DNA from: Podarcis bocagei
Lineage: Eukaryota
Assembly: GCA_964188305.1 (NCBI GenBank)
Contig: OZ076888.1
Reading direction: 5' to 3' (one strand)
DNA: 64,000 nt
A model generated the notes under the pieces. That model saw nothing but the letters and a program-made list of their open reading frames with translations, was not told the DNA's origin and did no database searches. Positions 38,100-51,419 of the stretch are shown piece by piece (within the stretch, counting starts at the first letter, position 1; each line of letters starts with the position of its first letter). The translations under genes were made by a program, and so were the position numbers.

Positions 38100-38102
<3 letters not shown>

Positions 38103-38146
<44 letters not shown>
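38103..38146. repeat. (TC)n microsatellite upstream of SLC18A3
   Basis: Direct reading. Confidence 0.95.
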
Positions 38147-38148
<2 letters not shown>

Positions 38149-40690
38149 CCCCCTTGCTTCTCTTTCCAGCTTAGGGACTCTTGGAGAGCTCAGACCGTCC
38201 CTTCCGCAACTCCACCCGTGGCTGCTTCCAAGCGCCTTCTCTTTGCCTTCCTTGACGGAGAAGCCTGCCTCTTGGTGCCACCGGCGCGGATGGACTTGCC
38301 AGCTCTTACTTTTTCCTTCCCCTCCGCCCCGCCTCTCCAAAAAAAGCCGGCTCCCCCCACCCTCACGCACTCACACACTGGCCTCCCACCCCGCGCAAGT
38401 TGTGACGCACAGTTCAGCTCCGGTCCCCGAGTGGTTCCTTCGCCAGCTGCGTTTCTTTATGCTAATTTAACACATGGAGGAGTTTTAGCCAATTGCTAAG
38501 CGGGGAGTCCGCACCCCGGAGAAGACCCCCCTCGGAAGGAGGGAGAGAGAGCCGGCCCGGTGTGTATGTGTGTGAGAGAGAGAGAAAGAGGGAGAGAGGG
38601 AGAGGGGGGGGGGGACGCGTGTGTTGAGTGCAGCGCTGCTGCGCCGCTCGGCAGAGAAGGGTGCCAAGTCTGCTGGAGCTGGAAAGGGCTTAAAACCCCC
38701 CGGAGAAAGTCGCAATCCGCTCAAGTCCGCGCAGGCGAGTGTAGCGGCCACCAATCAGGCTAGCGGAGTGGAGCCTCCAAGCTCAGAAACAGTGTACCGC
38801 GGAGGACTCGAAAGGCAAGGAAAGGAGAGGGTCGAGTGCGTTTACTGAAGCGCTTCTCAGACGCATTGGACTGGGTTCCTGCTGGAAACGGGATGTGGGG
38901 CGAGGAGGAGCCCTTGTTCTGAGCCAGCCAGGACACACTCCCTGCCCGCCCCCACCTCCTGCTTTAGTAGAAACAGATTCAGCTCTGAAGAGGAGCTGAG
39001 GATCTGACAACCCCAGGAGGATAATTTCCAGTTTCCCTGAGATGATTTCTGACTCACTGGGGGGAAAGGGGCAGGCAGGTGGGTGGGTGGGAAGAGAAGG
39101 GGATTCACCGTCCCCACGGGCACTATTGGCAGAGTCGGGACAAAGGGAACATTCAGACAGGGCTGGATTAAGGCTCAGTCTTGGAGTCCCGGTTCACAGC
39201 AGAGGCTTAGGTTTAAAAGAAAGCAAAGTGATTTTAAGCATATGCAGACAGCATATGCAGAGAGCACAACTGTGATTTACAGGCTGGCTCAAGCTCAAGC
39301 TGTGAGACTTTCCGTTTTTAGATACCAAGCCTTGCGTAACACCTAGAGAAAACTCTTTACAGACCCTACAGAAAAGATCCCCTTGCACTATCTTCTACTC
39401 CCGCTCCCCATACAAAAAAACCGCTGCCACCAACAATATTATAGAATTCAAATGCCTTGATTGTGTAATGAACAGCAAGACGAAAATGCCTTTTTTATAA
39501 TGATGGAAGCAAACTGGACTTACTTCTGAGTAAACGTGCTGGTAAAGTGCTCTATGAATGTGTTAAACCCACCGCTGCCGCCAACTTCTCTCCAACTTAC
39601 TAACTCAAAGCAGCGCTGTTGGCTAACCAGGTAATAATAACATGGCAATAGCGGTTGCTGCTTCAGAGCCCGTCTTTCACCTGCATTCAGACTGGCAGTG
39701 AGCTTATACCCTGCTCTGTTGAGCTCATGGTGGTTGCAGTAGGATGGGTGCGTATATTGATTAGGAGTTATTCTATCCAAGCCACTGATGGTAGCAAAGG
39801 CTGATAACAATAACTAGGGTCTAAACAGCACTGCACAATCACCACCTTTACTCTCATTGGAGAGAACACTTCGCACAGCCAATTTTCACCGACCATTTAG
39901 GTTGAATGAAGGATGACAGCTTGTTTTCATTCACAAGCAAAAGGTGTAAATTTTTTTTAGTAAAGAGCAAGCTCAAAATGCAGGGGAAGGTCTTGAAAGG
40001 CAAAGCCGAGACAGCCAGAATCATCAGTGGGGAGAGCAGGACAGCTCAAGCCCCCAACGGCTGTGAGGTTTCAATTGCTGTCTAGTCAGCTGAGGAAGAA
40101 CGACATTACATTGCGTCCTCCCCTTGCAATCTATTGGCACTGCTTATGTACACATATTAACTTAGCTGAGCCCACCTCACAAGGCTGTTGTGAATATAAA
40201 AGGGAAGGAAGGGAGGTCAGGGAAACACACACAACCTTGAACTCCTGGGTAGAAAAGCAAGATACAAGCATATGTGTCAGGCTTGGGGATTTTTTATCCC
40301 TTCCGCGGTGGCAGCAAGAAGTAGAGAAAAAACCCAAAGGAGAGTTCTTACTAATGAGCTTATTCAGTCCTCATAGTGAGAGACAAAGGAATGCAGTCAG
40401 TCTCCCCTTAATGGTGTCGCTCCAACTTAGCTCCTCCCCCTCCCTTCCTAGCAACAGCGCTTCCCCTTATGGTGGCCGCCATGGACTAATGGTCTCTGAG
40501 CCTTTTTGCTCTTGCACTCTCAACAAACACTGGGTTCTGGGAGAAGGAGGGGGGGGGGTCAGAAATACTTTCCAGTGATAACGTGTCAGCCGGCTCTGCC
40601 TCCTCCTTATCTTCTCCCAACACCTCCCAACTCTTCTGTTCGCCTGTCTCTGAGCTGTGACCTTCCTCAAACCACTGCTGTAATTCAATA

Positions 40691-41322
40691 CAGTGGTACC
40701 TTGGTTTTCAAATGCCTTGGTTCTCAAACGCCGAATACCAGGAAGTAAGTGTTCTAGTTTTCAAACGTTGTTTGGAAGCTGAACATCCAAAACGGCTGTC
40801 GGCTATTGTTTCTGGGGCACCTGCACCAATCAGAAGCTGCACCTTGGTTTTCGAACATTTCGGAAGTCAAATGGTGCTTTTGTTTTTGTTATTTATTTTG
40901 CATTTTTGTTTTTGAGGCTTTTTTGGTTAATTTGTTTTTGTGACTGTGGAACCCAGTTCAGCTACTGATTGATTGATTGTGTGACTGTGGAAATGGATAA
41001 AGGCCCCCCCCCCATCCAAACAATGACTGTCATCAGTGCATGTAAGAAAAAAAAGGAATTTTAATTTTTATCGTCCAATTTACTGTTTTATTTATTTTAT
41101 AGTACAGTACATTGATTATTGTTTTCATTTTATGGATCAATGGTCTGGTTAGAGAGTAAAATTCATGTTAAATTGCTGTTTTAGGGGTTGTTTTTAAAAG
41201 TCTGGAACAGATTAATCCATTTTGCATTACTTTCTATGGGAAAGCGTGCCTTGGTTTTGGAACGCTTTGGTTTTGAAATGGGCTTCCGGAACGGATTCAG
41301 TTTGAGAACCAAGGTACCACTG
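40691..41322. mobile_element. Tc1/mariner (Tigger-like) non-autonomous element
   Basis: TIR CAGTGGTACCTTGGTT, TA target duplication. Confidence 0.9.
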
Positions 41323-42196
41323 TACTGCCTTCCTCTTCTCTGGGCACTTCAGGGAGAGAAAGGGGGCAATCTCCACCATTCCTCCTCAGTCTCAGCCCCT
41401 TCAGTCCAGTCCCTGAAAACAACACATAGTTAAACTATGGAATACACTCCTGTAGGAGGCAGTGATGGCCACCAATTTGGGTGGCTTTAAAAGAGGATTA
41501 GACAAATAGATTATCAATGTTTGCTATCCCCTGCATGCAAAGACAGGCTCTCTGGTGGATTGAGTGGACTAGACCAATAGTGGGTGCAATGGTCAAGAAG
41601 CACATATTATAGAGGGAAGTGAGGGGCAGATGGGGTCATCAAGTTGGGAAGGTAGCCCACTCGGGAGAAGGAAAACTCTGATCCCAAGACTTCATTGCCT
41701 TGCAGGATATCTTCAAGATAAAGAAAGGCTAAGAAGTGAAATCCTAAGGCAGTTGGGTGGAGCCTTGTACTGCTTCCCGCAACTCCTGCAGACAAGCTGC
41801 TGCCAAACGTATTGGTCTGTTTTCCTTTGGACCACATCAGCGAGGCCAAGAGGGGGGTCTTGCTGTTATTTCGGTAATACTACTGCAGTGGCTTGACTTT
41901 ATTAGTGCAGCTTCTGTTAGCATGTGTTAGAGAGTGCAAGTTTTCAAGTTTCACAACACTCTTCATCAATCTGAATGATTCCCATTAATAAAGAAACAAA
42001 ATCAGACGGAATATATGGGGCATTAGTTTCCCCAAAACTTAAAGACAGCTGGATACAGCGATACTTGTACATACACATTCATTTGTTCTCCATCAGTGGT
42101 CTCTGGCCAAACAAATTTTGCAACCTCCTGTGAGATCTAACATAACAGAGACTAGCAATGCACATTCACTTAGCAGCAAGTTCCACTGAAGTTTGT

Positions 42197-44723
42197 GGGA
42201 TTTTAAACAATTATTATAAAATCTTCGTAGATGTTTTGACCTCCAGACTTAAAACAACCCTACAAGAGTTGATACACAGAGACCAAACTGGATTTCTACC
42301 GGGACGCAAAATGCAGGAAAACATTAGACATATCATTAATGTATTAGAGTATTTGGACCTTAAAATAGACAAACCTCCGGTGATTATGTTAGTTGACTCT
42401 GAGAAAGCATTTGACAACATCTCATGGAAATTTATTGGAAAGAACTATTTGACAACATCTCATGGAAATTTATTGGAAAGAACTATTGGAAAATTTGGAC
42501 AAATTTTTTTGTAGAGGAATAAGTGCCGTATATGCTGAACAGCAAGCCAAAATAATTATTAATGGCAATATCTCAAAGGAATGCCAGATTAACAAAGGCA
42601 CACGTCAAGGCTGCCCCTTATCTCCTCTAATATTTATTTTGGTTTTGGAAATCTTAAATAGAAGAATATGAGAAGAGAGACAAATCAAAGGGATTACTCT
42701 AGGAGATAGGTCTTATAAAATAAAGGCATTCGCTGATGATTTGCTCATAATGACAGAAAACCCAAAAGAGGGCTTATCGAAAATAGTGGAAATAATACAA
42801 AACTTCGGTGAAGTAGCAGGATTCAAATGAAATAAAATAAAAACAAAACTACTGGTTAAGAACATATCAAACCAAGAAAAAGAAGAACTGGGAAAAATGT
42901 TTGGTTTGAAAATCTGCCAAAAAGCAAAATACTTGGGTGTCTGGCTAACTTCAAAGAATATTAACCTATTTCATGATAATTATGTAAGAACCTGGGAGGA
43001 GATCAAAATTAATTTGGATATTTGGGGCAGACTTAAATTATACTTTACAGGGGGAATCTCAGTCATAAAAATGAGTGTTCTGCCAAAACTACTTTTTCTT
43101 ACTGGGCAATACTGGGCAAGATTGGCTACCTTAAGAAAGCTATTTCAAAGTTTATCTGGCAGAGGAAGAGGCCCAGAATTAAGCATCAGATCTTGATATT
43201 AAAAATAGAGGGGGCCTTTCCCTGCCAGACCTAAGACTGTATTATGAGGCAGCTTGCCTAACATGGTTAAAAGACTGGTGTACACTCCAAAATCCAGAAC
43301 TGCTTGACTTAGAGGGACACAACAATAGGTACGGCTGGCACACATACCTAGCATATGGGAAAGTAAAAGGACATCAAAACTTCCTGAATCATATTGTTAT
43401 CATATTGTATAAGGTCTGGGAAAAATATAAAGTTCTTACAGAACCTAAGATGCCCAGGTGGATATCATCACTGGAAGGCCTAGCGGTTAAAAGGAAAAAC
43501 ACAGAAGGAAACTGGCTGACATACCAAATATTATTGAAAGAAGAAGAGAACCAACTAAAGCTGAAAAAAATTGAAGAAGTAAGAGAATATGTTGTTGATT
43601 GGTTCCAATATTATCAATTACTTGAGAGATTTAAATTGGACAAAGGGGAAGGCTTTGCTCAAGAAAGTTCAAGATTTGAGTTAGACTTAATTAGGACAAA
43701 AACTACAGCCCTCTTGAAAGTATATCAACTCCTCCTTGACTGGCAAGTCAAGGAGGAGGTCAAACTAATGATGATTAGATGGGCCCAAGATTTGGGCCAC
43801 AATATAGAGATGTCTCAGTGGGAAAAACTTTGGAGGGTAAATTGGAAGTTTACGTCTTGTTATACTATAAGGGAAAACTTCCAAAAGGTTTTTTATCGAT
43901 GGCACTTGACACCTTGTAAACTTGCAAAGATGTATAAAAATCTCTCTGATAACTGTTGGAGATGTGGATAACCTGGTGGGAATATATTACATATGTGGTG
44001 GACATGCAGGGAGATTAAACCATTTTGAAATGACATTATATTTGGAATTAAAAATAATTTTGAAAGTGAATATTTAAAAAAAACTCCAAATCATTCTTAT
44101 TAGCTATTACTGGTTTGGATATCCCCCCAAAACAAGGGAAATTTTTCTGTATGCCACCACAGCTGCAAGGGTTATAATAGCTACACATTGGAAAAGCAGA
44201 TATATACTCACCTGATCTGATTGGATACAAAAGGTAACAGAGTATGCAGAGTTAGACTATTTATCAGAAAGAATCAAAGGTAAATCCGAACAGGAATTTG
44301 TCTCAAACTGGAATTGTTTTAAGGAACACCTGAAGAGTAACTGCTGCAATTTAAAAATGGTGACGGCTTTTGAGTACTTTCTGTGGATAATAATTTCAAA
44401 AGGAAAACTGATATATAAGAAAACATTATAAATAAAAAGACAATTGATGGATATAGGCAATATGTTTATTGGTACAAAATGGAAGAGACAGGAAGTCACT
44501 TCTTTATGAAGAATATTATCAGTTTAAAATTACATCTTTTTTGCTTTTTCCTCTTTCCTCTTTTTTTCTTGTCTTCTTCTTCTTTGTGAACAGTAATATT
44601 TGCCGATCTATGATAATAACAATCATGAACCTACTGTGAAAACAAGAATATGTATAATTGCAAGATGTAAAGTTACGATGTAAAGATACACTTGTGAGTA
44701 CTAAAGGGAAAGCAATAAAAAAA
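42197..44723 (+). mobile_element. Degenerate 5'-truncated L1 (ORF2 remnant)
   Basis: YKIF, DQTGFLPGR, DSEKAFD, GTRQGCPLSP, FADD and KYLGV split over several frames; 38-bp tandem duplication at 42409-42484; probable TSD GAAGTTTGT at 42188-42196 and 44724-44732. Confidence 0.93.
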
Positions 44724-45094
44724 GAAGTTTGTCAGATTCAATTATTAGTTACCTGTAGCCACCAGACCTCCACAAAGCAAAAGTTTAGCAAGGTAACATG
44801 TAAAAAAGTTAGCCCAAATAAAGCTATATACAAGTCTTACTGAGTTCCATGGAGCACTGAGAAGACACATAAGGCCACGGACCCTAAGTAATGACAAAGA
44901 TGTTGACATCTGCATACTATCTACGGTAAATGATAATGCCTTGATGTTGCAGAATTATGATTAGGCTAATTTAAGGAAGTACTCTGACAAATGCTGTTGA
45001 AGCTCATTAAGCCTGCCGGTGGTACAACTTTTGGCATTAGTATGGAGTCCAGACCATCCTTATTTGTGTTATCAGTCTGCTGAGGCCAGCAGGA

Positions 45095-45301
45095 NNNNNN
45101 NNNNNNNNNNNNNNNNNNNNNNNNNNNNNNNNNNNNNNNNNNNNNNNNNNNNNNNNNNNNNNNNNNNNNNNNNNNNNNNNNNNNNNNNNNNNNNNNNNNN
45201 NNNNNNNNNNNNNNNNNNNNNNNNNNNNNNNNNNNNNNNNNNNNNNNNNNNNNNNNNNNNNNNNNNNNNNNNNNNNNNNNNNNNNNNNNNNNNNNNNNNN
45301 N
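45095..45301. other. Assembly gap
   Basis: Run of N. Confidence 1.
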
Positions 45302-45980
45302 CCCATCTGGCCGGGCCTTCCCAGTCACTCTGAGTGGCTTCCAAGAGGATAGTAAAAACACACTAAAACATAAACCATTAAAAACTTCCCTGAACAGGGC
45401 TTCCTTCAGATGTCTTCTAAAAGTCAGGTAGTTGTTTATTTCCTTGACATCTGATGGGAGGGCATTCCACAGGGCAGGCACCAGGCCCTCTGCCTGGTTC
45501 CCTGTAACCTCACTTCTCACAGGGAGGGAACTGCCTGAAGGCCCTCAGAGCTGGACCTCAGTGTCCAGGCTGAACATTGGGGGTGGAGACACTCCTTCAG
45601 GTATACTGGGCCGAGGCCATTTAGGGCTTTAAAGGTCAGCACCAAAACTTTGAATTGTGCTCGGAAATGTACTGGGAGCCAATGTAGGACCAGTATTATA
45701 TGGTCTTAGCGGCCACTCCCAGTCATCAGTCTGGCTGCTGCATTCTGAATTAGTTGTAGTTTCCGGGTCACCTTCAAAGGTAGCTCCACATAGAGCACAT
45801 TATAGTAGTCCAAGCGGGCAGGTGGGGTCTCAGCCTGCATACCAGATGGAGCTGGTAGACAGCTGCCCTGGACACAGAATCGATCTGCACCTCCATGGAT
45901 AGCTGTGAGTCCAAAATGACTCCCAGGCTGTGCTCCTGGTCCTTCAGGGGCACAGTTACCCCATTCAGGACCAGGGAGTC
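45302..45980 (-). mobile_element. L2 LINE 3' fragment
   Basis: Reverse complement of the 57680 element (PALWNALPSDVKEINNYLTFRRHLK). Confidence 0.85.
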
Positions 45981-47446
45981 CCGTTGGCAGTAGCAGGCTG
46001 CTGTGTTAGAAACAAAACAAACATTTAGCTGGGATGGTCAAATGTCTTTTCTCAACGAGCTGCCCTACAAGTTCCATGGCAGGATGGAGACTTTGTCAGA
46101 GGATCTGACCCCCTCGTGTGTCATTAGGTTTGAGTTGTGTAGCGCATGTATATACCCCTGCCTGAGATGTCCTATGCAAAATCCAAATAGAGACCCCTGA
46201 CCGAACCCCTGAGTAAAGTTTGGTAAGCTTGCTATGAGTCCAATAAGACCTGGTGGCTTGGCAGCTACCGGTTTGTCATTGCTGGTTTAGTCTTAAAAGC
46301 TCATCTGTGCCCAAACTGCAGAATCATGAGGTGCAGTTCCTGCTGGCTGGTGTCCCGTCTTGTTGCAGCTGGGAGATTGCAAGACTGAATTGCTTTCCTT
46401 GTGTCAATTGCTTCTTGATCGGAGCAGGCAAGATCCCATGAAGAAGGCTTCTAGCTTGGCAAGTTAGTTCTTTGGGGGGAGGATGTTGTGTGTGTGAGAG
46501 AGAGAGAGAGAGAAAGAGAGAGCGCGCGCATCAAAACATATGCCCCTCCCCCATTTTGAAGTGGAACAGTCCAGGAACATTTCTACCGCATGATCAGGGC
46601 ACAACTATGACATAAGTACACAAAGGAATGCCTGATTCAATGTGAAATTGCTTACTTAGATTAGCTTTAGAGTGTCTGTCCAGGAATTAGATAGGAGATG
46701 GCAGATGGATGGAACCATTTCTATGATGGCAGTCCGGATGCAGAATCACCACCTCCGGAGATGTTCCCCTTGTTTCTACCTTTTTGTGTTGTGGACTCCA
46801 GGTTAAAACTGTTTTATTTGCCCAGGTGTTTAACGAACAAGCAAGTGGTTTTTTAAGCACTGTTACTGCCATTCCCCCCCCCCCTTTTTACTAGCTGCTT
46901 CTACTGGTTGCATATTTGGTAACTATGATTTTATTTTTGTTTTGCGAATGGAAGCTTCCTTGTGAATTCTTTGAACTGGAAGGCAAGGTATGAATAAATA
47001 TTAGAGACAAGATTCATTATGTACAAACACTGTTTCATTTGTACACTGCCTTTCCACAGTTAAAACCATACTCAAGGCAGCTTGCAGCATGAGAAAAAGT
47101 TACACAGTTCAAAACGCTACAAAAATAGCCATCCGCAATGAATGAAATATCAAAAAGTACACAACCAAATTGAACAATTTCCACATAAATCATAATAAAA
47201 ATGCAAAATAAAGATTCAAAAAATAATAGCAGCAACAACTCTGCCCCAACTAAAACCCCTAAGCAATATTTCAGCTCAAGAGTCTGTTTAGCAGCTTTTG
47301 TAGCTGCCATCATGAATTTGTCTGATCCTTTTTAAAAAACAAAGAACAAATGCCAATCACTGTATCCATCCATTTCTAAGACAGCTTGTATCTTTACATC
47401 TTTACAAAAGTGTCTCTCATCAAGAAGGATCTCTTATCTTCTTAAC

Positions 47447-47568
47447 CAGAGCTTTTTTCCAGCCAGAATTCTCCAGAACTCAGTTCTGGCATCTCTCAAG
47501 TGGGTGCCAATACCATTTTAAGAGTTACGGTGAGTTCTGGCACCTCTTTTTCTAGAAAAATGACACCA
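47447..47568. mobile_element. hAT-like MITE
   Basis: Flanked by (T/A)TCTTAAC; inverted relative at about 778-885. Confidence 0.6.
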
Positions 47569-48419
47569 ATCTTAACTAGGGATGGGGAACTGTGGTTGTC
47601 TGGATGCTACTGTACTCCGACTCCCATCTGCCCCAGCTAGCATGCCCAATGAGCAGGAACGATGGAGTTGTAGCTGAGCCGCAGGTTCCCCATACCTAAG
47701 TCAATGTCTGCAGGTCTTAGATGGATGCATTCAGTTGTCATGGGGCTTTTAAAAAGAGGTCCTCTACAGACGAAACCAAGAATGTATAAGGGAGGAACTT
47801 AGCTGAAGGGCGCTCTCCTTTATTTGAGATGCAGGTCACATCCGCAATGAATGGTAATGGGTTTTGTGGCTGCAGTACGAAGAGGGACATTGACTTTGCC
47901 TTACTGCTGTGCGGCAGCCAAGAGTATTGGAATCTTGGCCCTTGCTTGACAATGCACTCTATTTGATTAGGCCCTCTTTTAATCAAAGATAAAGCCATTT
48001 CCCATCACGAAAATGGAATCTGTCCGAGCTGGAAGGCGGGGTGGAAGAGGACGGGTTGTGTCTGGAAAATGCAAAGGTCTCTTTTCCAGTCTCAAGGGAA
48101 CCAAAAGCGACATTTATTATTATTATTATTAGCAAGGAGAAGCTGGGATTACATTTGCTAAGAGGGGCATAATAAATTTAGCCTTCTGGACAAATCAAAT
48201 CAGCCGATTTCGTTACAGCTGTGGTGGATGAGTCATTTGTACGTGGACTTCATTGAGTGGGCAACACAAAGGGTACCTTTGCAATGTGACTATCCTTGAA
48301 GGCGCCATTGCAGTATTTTGGAATGAAATATCAATGCGGGGAAGCTTACAGGCCAAAATTCTCATTTTAACAAAGGGCCGCAAGCTGATTGGAGGCAAAA
48401 TAGCATGTCATATATATAT

Positions 48420-48755
48420 GTAGTTTTTCAGCTTAAAATTTTACAGCGGTATAACAAACATAAATAATAAAAACAAGATTCTAATGAATCTCCTGGACCT
48501 ATGTGATTCCTATTATTAATCAGTTCCTCCCACATCTTTTACGATAATCCAAACCCTATACCTCTTCCATTATGTCCGGAATCAGCCTTAAACTACAAGT
48601 GATATTCCAATCCTACTAATAATTTTAACTGTTTACAATGGTCTTTAAGATAAGTTATAAAATTTGCCCATTCCTTGTTAAAATTTCGGTTTTCCTGATT
48701 TCTGACTCTTCTGGTCATTTTAGCCATTTCAGCATAGTCCATGAAGTTAATGGAC
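48420..48755 (-). mobile_element. L1 3' fragment
   Basis: Reverse complement encodes MDYAEMAKMTRRVRNQE, followed by 3' UTR. Confidence 0.75.
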
Positions 48756-49243
48756 TATACTCTGTAAGGTTTTTAAAATGTTGTAACATCTTTGGAACTC
48801 AAATGGTAAAAACTACTGGATAATATTTTTTTAAACTAGCCCTTCCATTTTTACATCATTCATTTGCAGTCCAAAGACAAAATAAAGGTTTTTTTTTTTG
48901 CAGATGTGGATGATTTATTAGCACTAAACCATTGTTGCCCTTGCTTTAAGTTGGAAGTGGGGGGTCACTGTTCTGTTTCTAGATTTCTGGCACTCTTTTC
49001 CGAAGCCCATAATGATTGGGACCATTACGTAGGTGAAAGGGTGAAAAGCATCTTTCCCCATTCTTCACTGTGTTCCTGTTCATAAAACCAAACTCCAATA
49101 ATATTGCTTTGGGGGGGGGGGAGAAAAAAAGAAAAGAAATGAATGCAATGCTATTTGGAAAAAGATGGGTTGAAATAATTGAGCAGAATTTGAGTGCAGA
49201 AGCAGGCTCTCACCTTCCCAGCCCCCCACGCAATGCAGACATA

Positions 49244-49604
49244 AAGGTAAAGGTACCCCTGCCCGTACGGGCCAGTCGTGTCCGACTCTAGGGTTGTGCG
49301 CTCATCTCACTTAAGAGGCCGGGAGCCAGCGCTGTCCGAAGACACTTCCGGGTCATGTGGCCAGCGTGACTAAGCTGCACTGGCGAGCCAGCACCAGCAC
49401 AGCACACGGAAACGCCGTTTACCTTCCCGCTATAAAGCGGTCCCTATTTATCTACTTGCACTTAGAGGTGCTTTCGAACTGCTAGGTGGGCAGGCGCTGG
49501 GACCGAAAGACGGGAGCTCACCCCACCACGGGGATTCGAACTGCCGACCATACGATTGGCAAGTCCTAGGCACTGAGGTTTTACCCACAGCGCCACCCGC
49601 GGTC
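49244..49604 (-). mobile_element. Sauria SINE, distinct subfamily
   Basis: Same head and core with a divergent 3' part; TSD ATGCAGACATA at 49233-49243 and 49619-49629. Confidence 0.88.
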
Positions 49605-49686
49605 CTCCTATGCATACTATGCAGACATAGTATGTAATATCACATAAATATCAGCACTGGATCATAGTTAACTGCCTAGCTCTTCT

Positions 49687-50146
49687 TTTTAAAAAATATA
49701 ATTTTCTTAAATTTTCTGTTTTGCAACTTAGAATACTCACTTAAACATCCTTAAAATATCAATGACTTCCCTTCTTCTCTTTCCATGGTTCATTTTACAT
49801 ATCATAAATCCCTGCATATTTTAGGTAAACTAAACCATTCAGTATTCCATTAGTACATCCATCAAAACTCATTTACGCTATTGAATTTATCTTAATGCTG
49901 CCAGCGTTTTCAGCTGTACACAGTTAATTCCCATATATTCAATAAACCTTGTCCAACCTTCTCTAAACGTATATTCTTCTTGTTCTCTTATTTCATATGT
50001 TAAGTCTACAAGCTGCACATATTCTGTCAACTTAAGTTGCCATTCTTTTTTAGTTGGAACCTCGCTCGTTTTCCATGTTGGGGCTAATGAAACACGGGAC
50101 ACAGTAGTAGCATACATAAATAACCTTTTTTGACACCTGGTGTCAA
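49687..50146 (-). mobile_element. 5'-truncated L1 3' end
   Basis: YATT...WKTSEVPTKKEWQ ORF2 tail; 17-bp TSD AACTGCCTAGCTCTTCT at 49670-49686 and 50147-50163. Confidence 0.9.
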
Positions 50147-50433
50147 AACTGCCTAGCTCTTCTGTGACTCAGGTTTACTAAGTCCATTGGCCTACTCCCT
50201 TTCAATCTATCCCCATCTTCATTTGCTTCATTGCTAATGCTGGCTGGTTACTATCCCAGCAAGGCCTCATTGTCCATCACCCTGCTTCTATTTTCCATGT
50301 CCTGCAGCCCAGTGATATGGTTCACCCCACCAGGAACCAGGGGGCTCATGAGCTCTTAAGATCCTGCCCCCTTTCCTCTCTCAGGCTTCCAGGCTTCCAG
50401 AGTATGGATAAAATGCAGGTCCTGAGCCCGAGT

Positions 50434-50448
50434 TGTGTGTGTGTGTGT

Positions 50449-50496
<48 letters not shown>
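50434..50496. repeat. (TG)n(AG)n microsatellite
   Basis: Direct reading. Confidence 0.95.
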
Positions 50497-50504
<8 letters not shown>

Positions 50505-51419
50505 CTCCTTGGGGACCTTCCCAGTGAAAGTCCCATCCCGAGGACAATCCTGAAGTCAGAGATGGAGTGACCTCAGAAAGCAAGGCAGATGCAATGGGCT
50601 GCCATTCTTCTTCTTCTAGCGTGCTCCTGTGCTTTTGAGAGGCGGACAACAAAGTAGCCACTGGCAGTGCAGCTGTTAAGGATTCCACCTCGCCTGTCCC
50701 CTTGCACGGCAGAAGGGGGAAACGCTTTGGTGTAAGGACACTTAATGATTCATCAAGCTAAGGTCGTTGATATCTTTCAAAATACCCATTTCCTTAATGG
50801 CTTCTCCTGTACTTAATGTCTTTAATAAAGATTTCATCCTTTTAAGGATCTGGCAGTACATTTTGGCATTCGTCTCCGAGCTGACTTCTTCTTTCTCACT
50901 GGGACCAGAATGTCTTTTTCCTTTATGTGGGAGTGGGGTGGGGAAGAAGAGGAATAATTATTTTAAAGCAATTGTACTAGGTCCTCTTGGACAGGGAATG
51001 GAGGAAACAGACTCAAGATACAGACAGGCAGTGCAATGTGTTCAATGGGGCTTACTTCCAGGCAAGGGAATACAGGGTGGAAGTGAGTGGCATGTAGTCA
51101 GTAGACTAGTGAGACCAGGCTAGCCTCCCACCACCTTCCGAAAACCAGGTTTGAGAAGGAGGGCTCTAGCATCTTGTTGGAGGCCTGGCGCCTCCTCCCC
51201 AAAGCGCAGGAAGCTTCTGTCCAGCTTAGCGAGGGAGGTGTGATGCTTGTGATATGCCACAAAGTCACCCCCCATCACCCTCACAAGCTGCCCCCTCTAG
51301 CCTTAACTTTTCCCCTCCGAAAAATTTCACTGCACGCCACTGAGACAATCATCTACATATATCCAATCAAGGATCCCCATCAGCAATGCTGGCAAAGACC
51401 TTGACTCATGACTGTGGAG

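Larger units (their letters stand above)
35700..38900. promoter_or_regulatory. CpG island over SLC18A3 and its upstream (R/V-type) promoter
   Basis: High CpG density; CCAAT motifs near 38751 and 38865; CATAAA on the minus strand near 38456-38461. Confidence 0.7.

Noticed and set aside
37352-38499. 372-aa and 251-aa Pro/Ser/Leu-rich ORFs on the plus strand
   Set aside because: They arise from C/T-rich low-complexity DNA that lacks stop codons and include a (TC)n tract.
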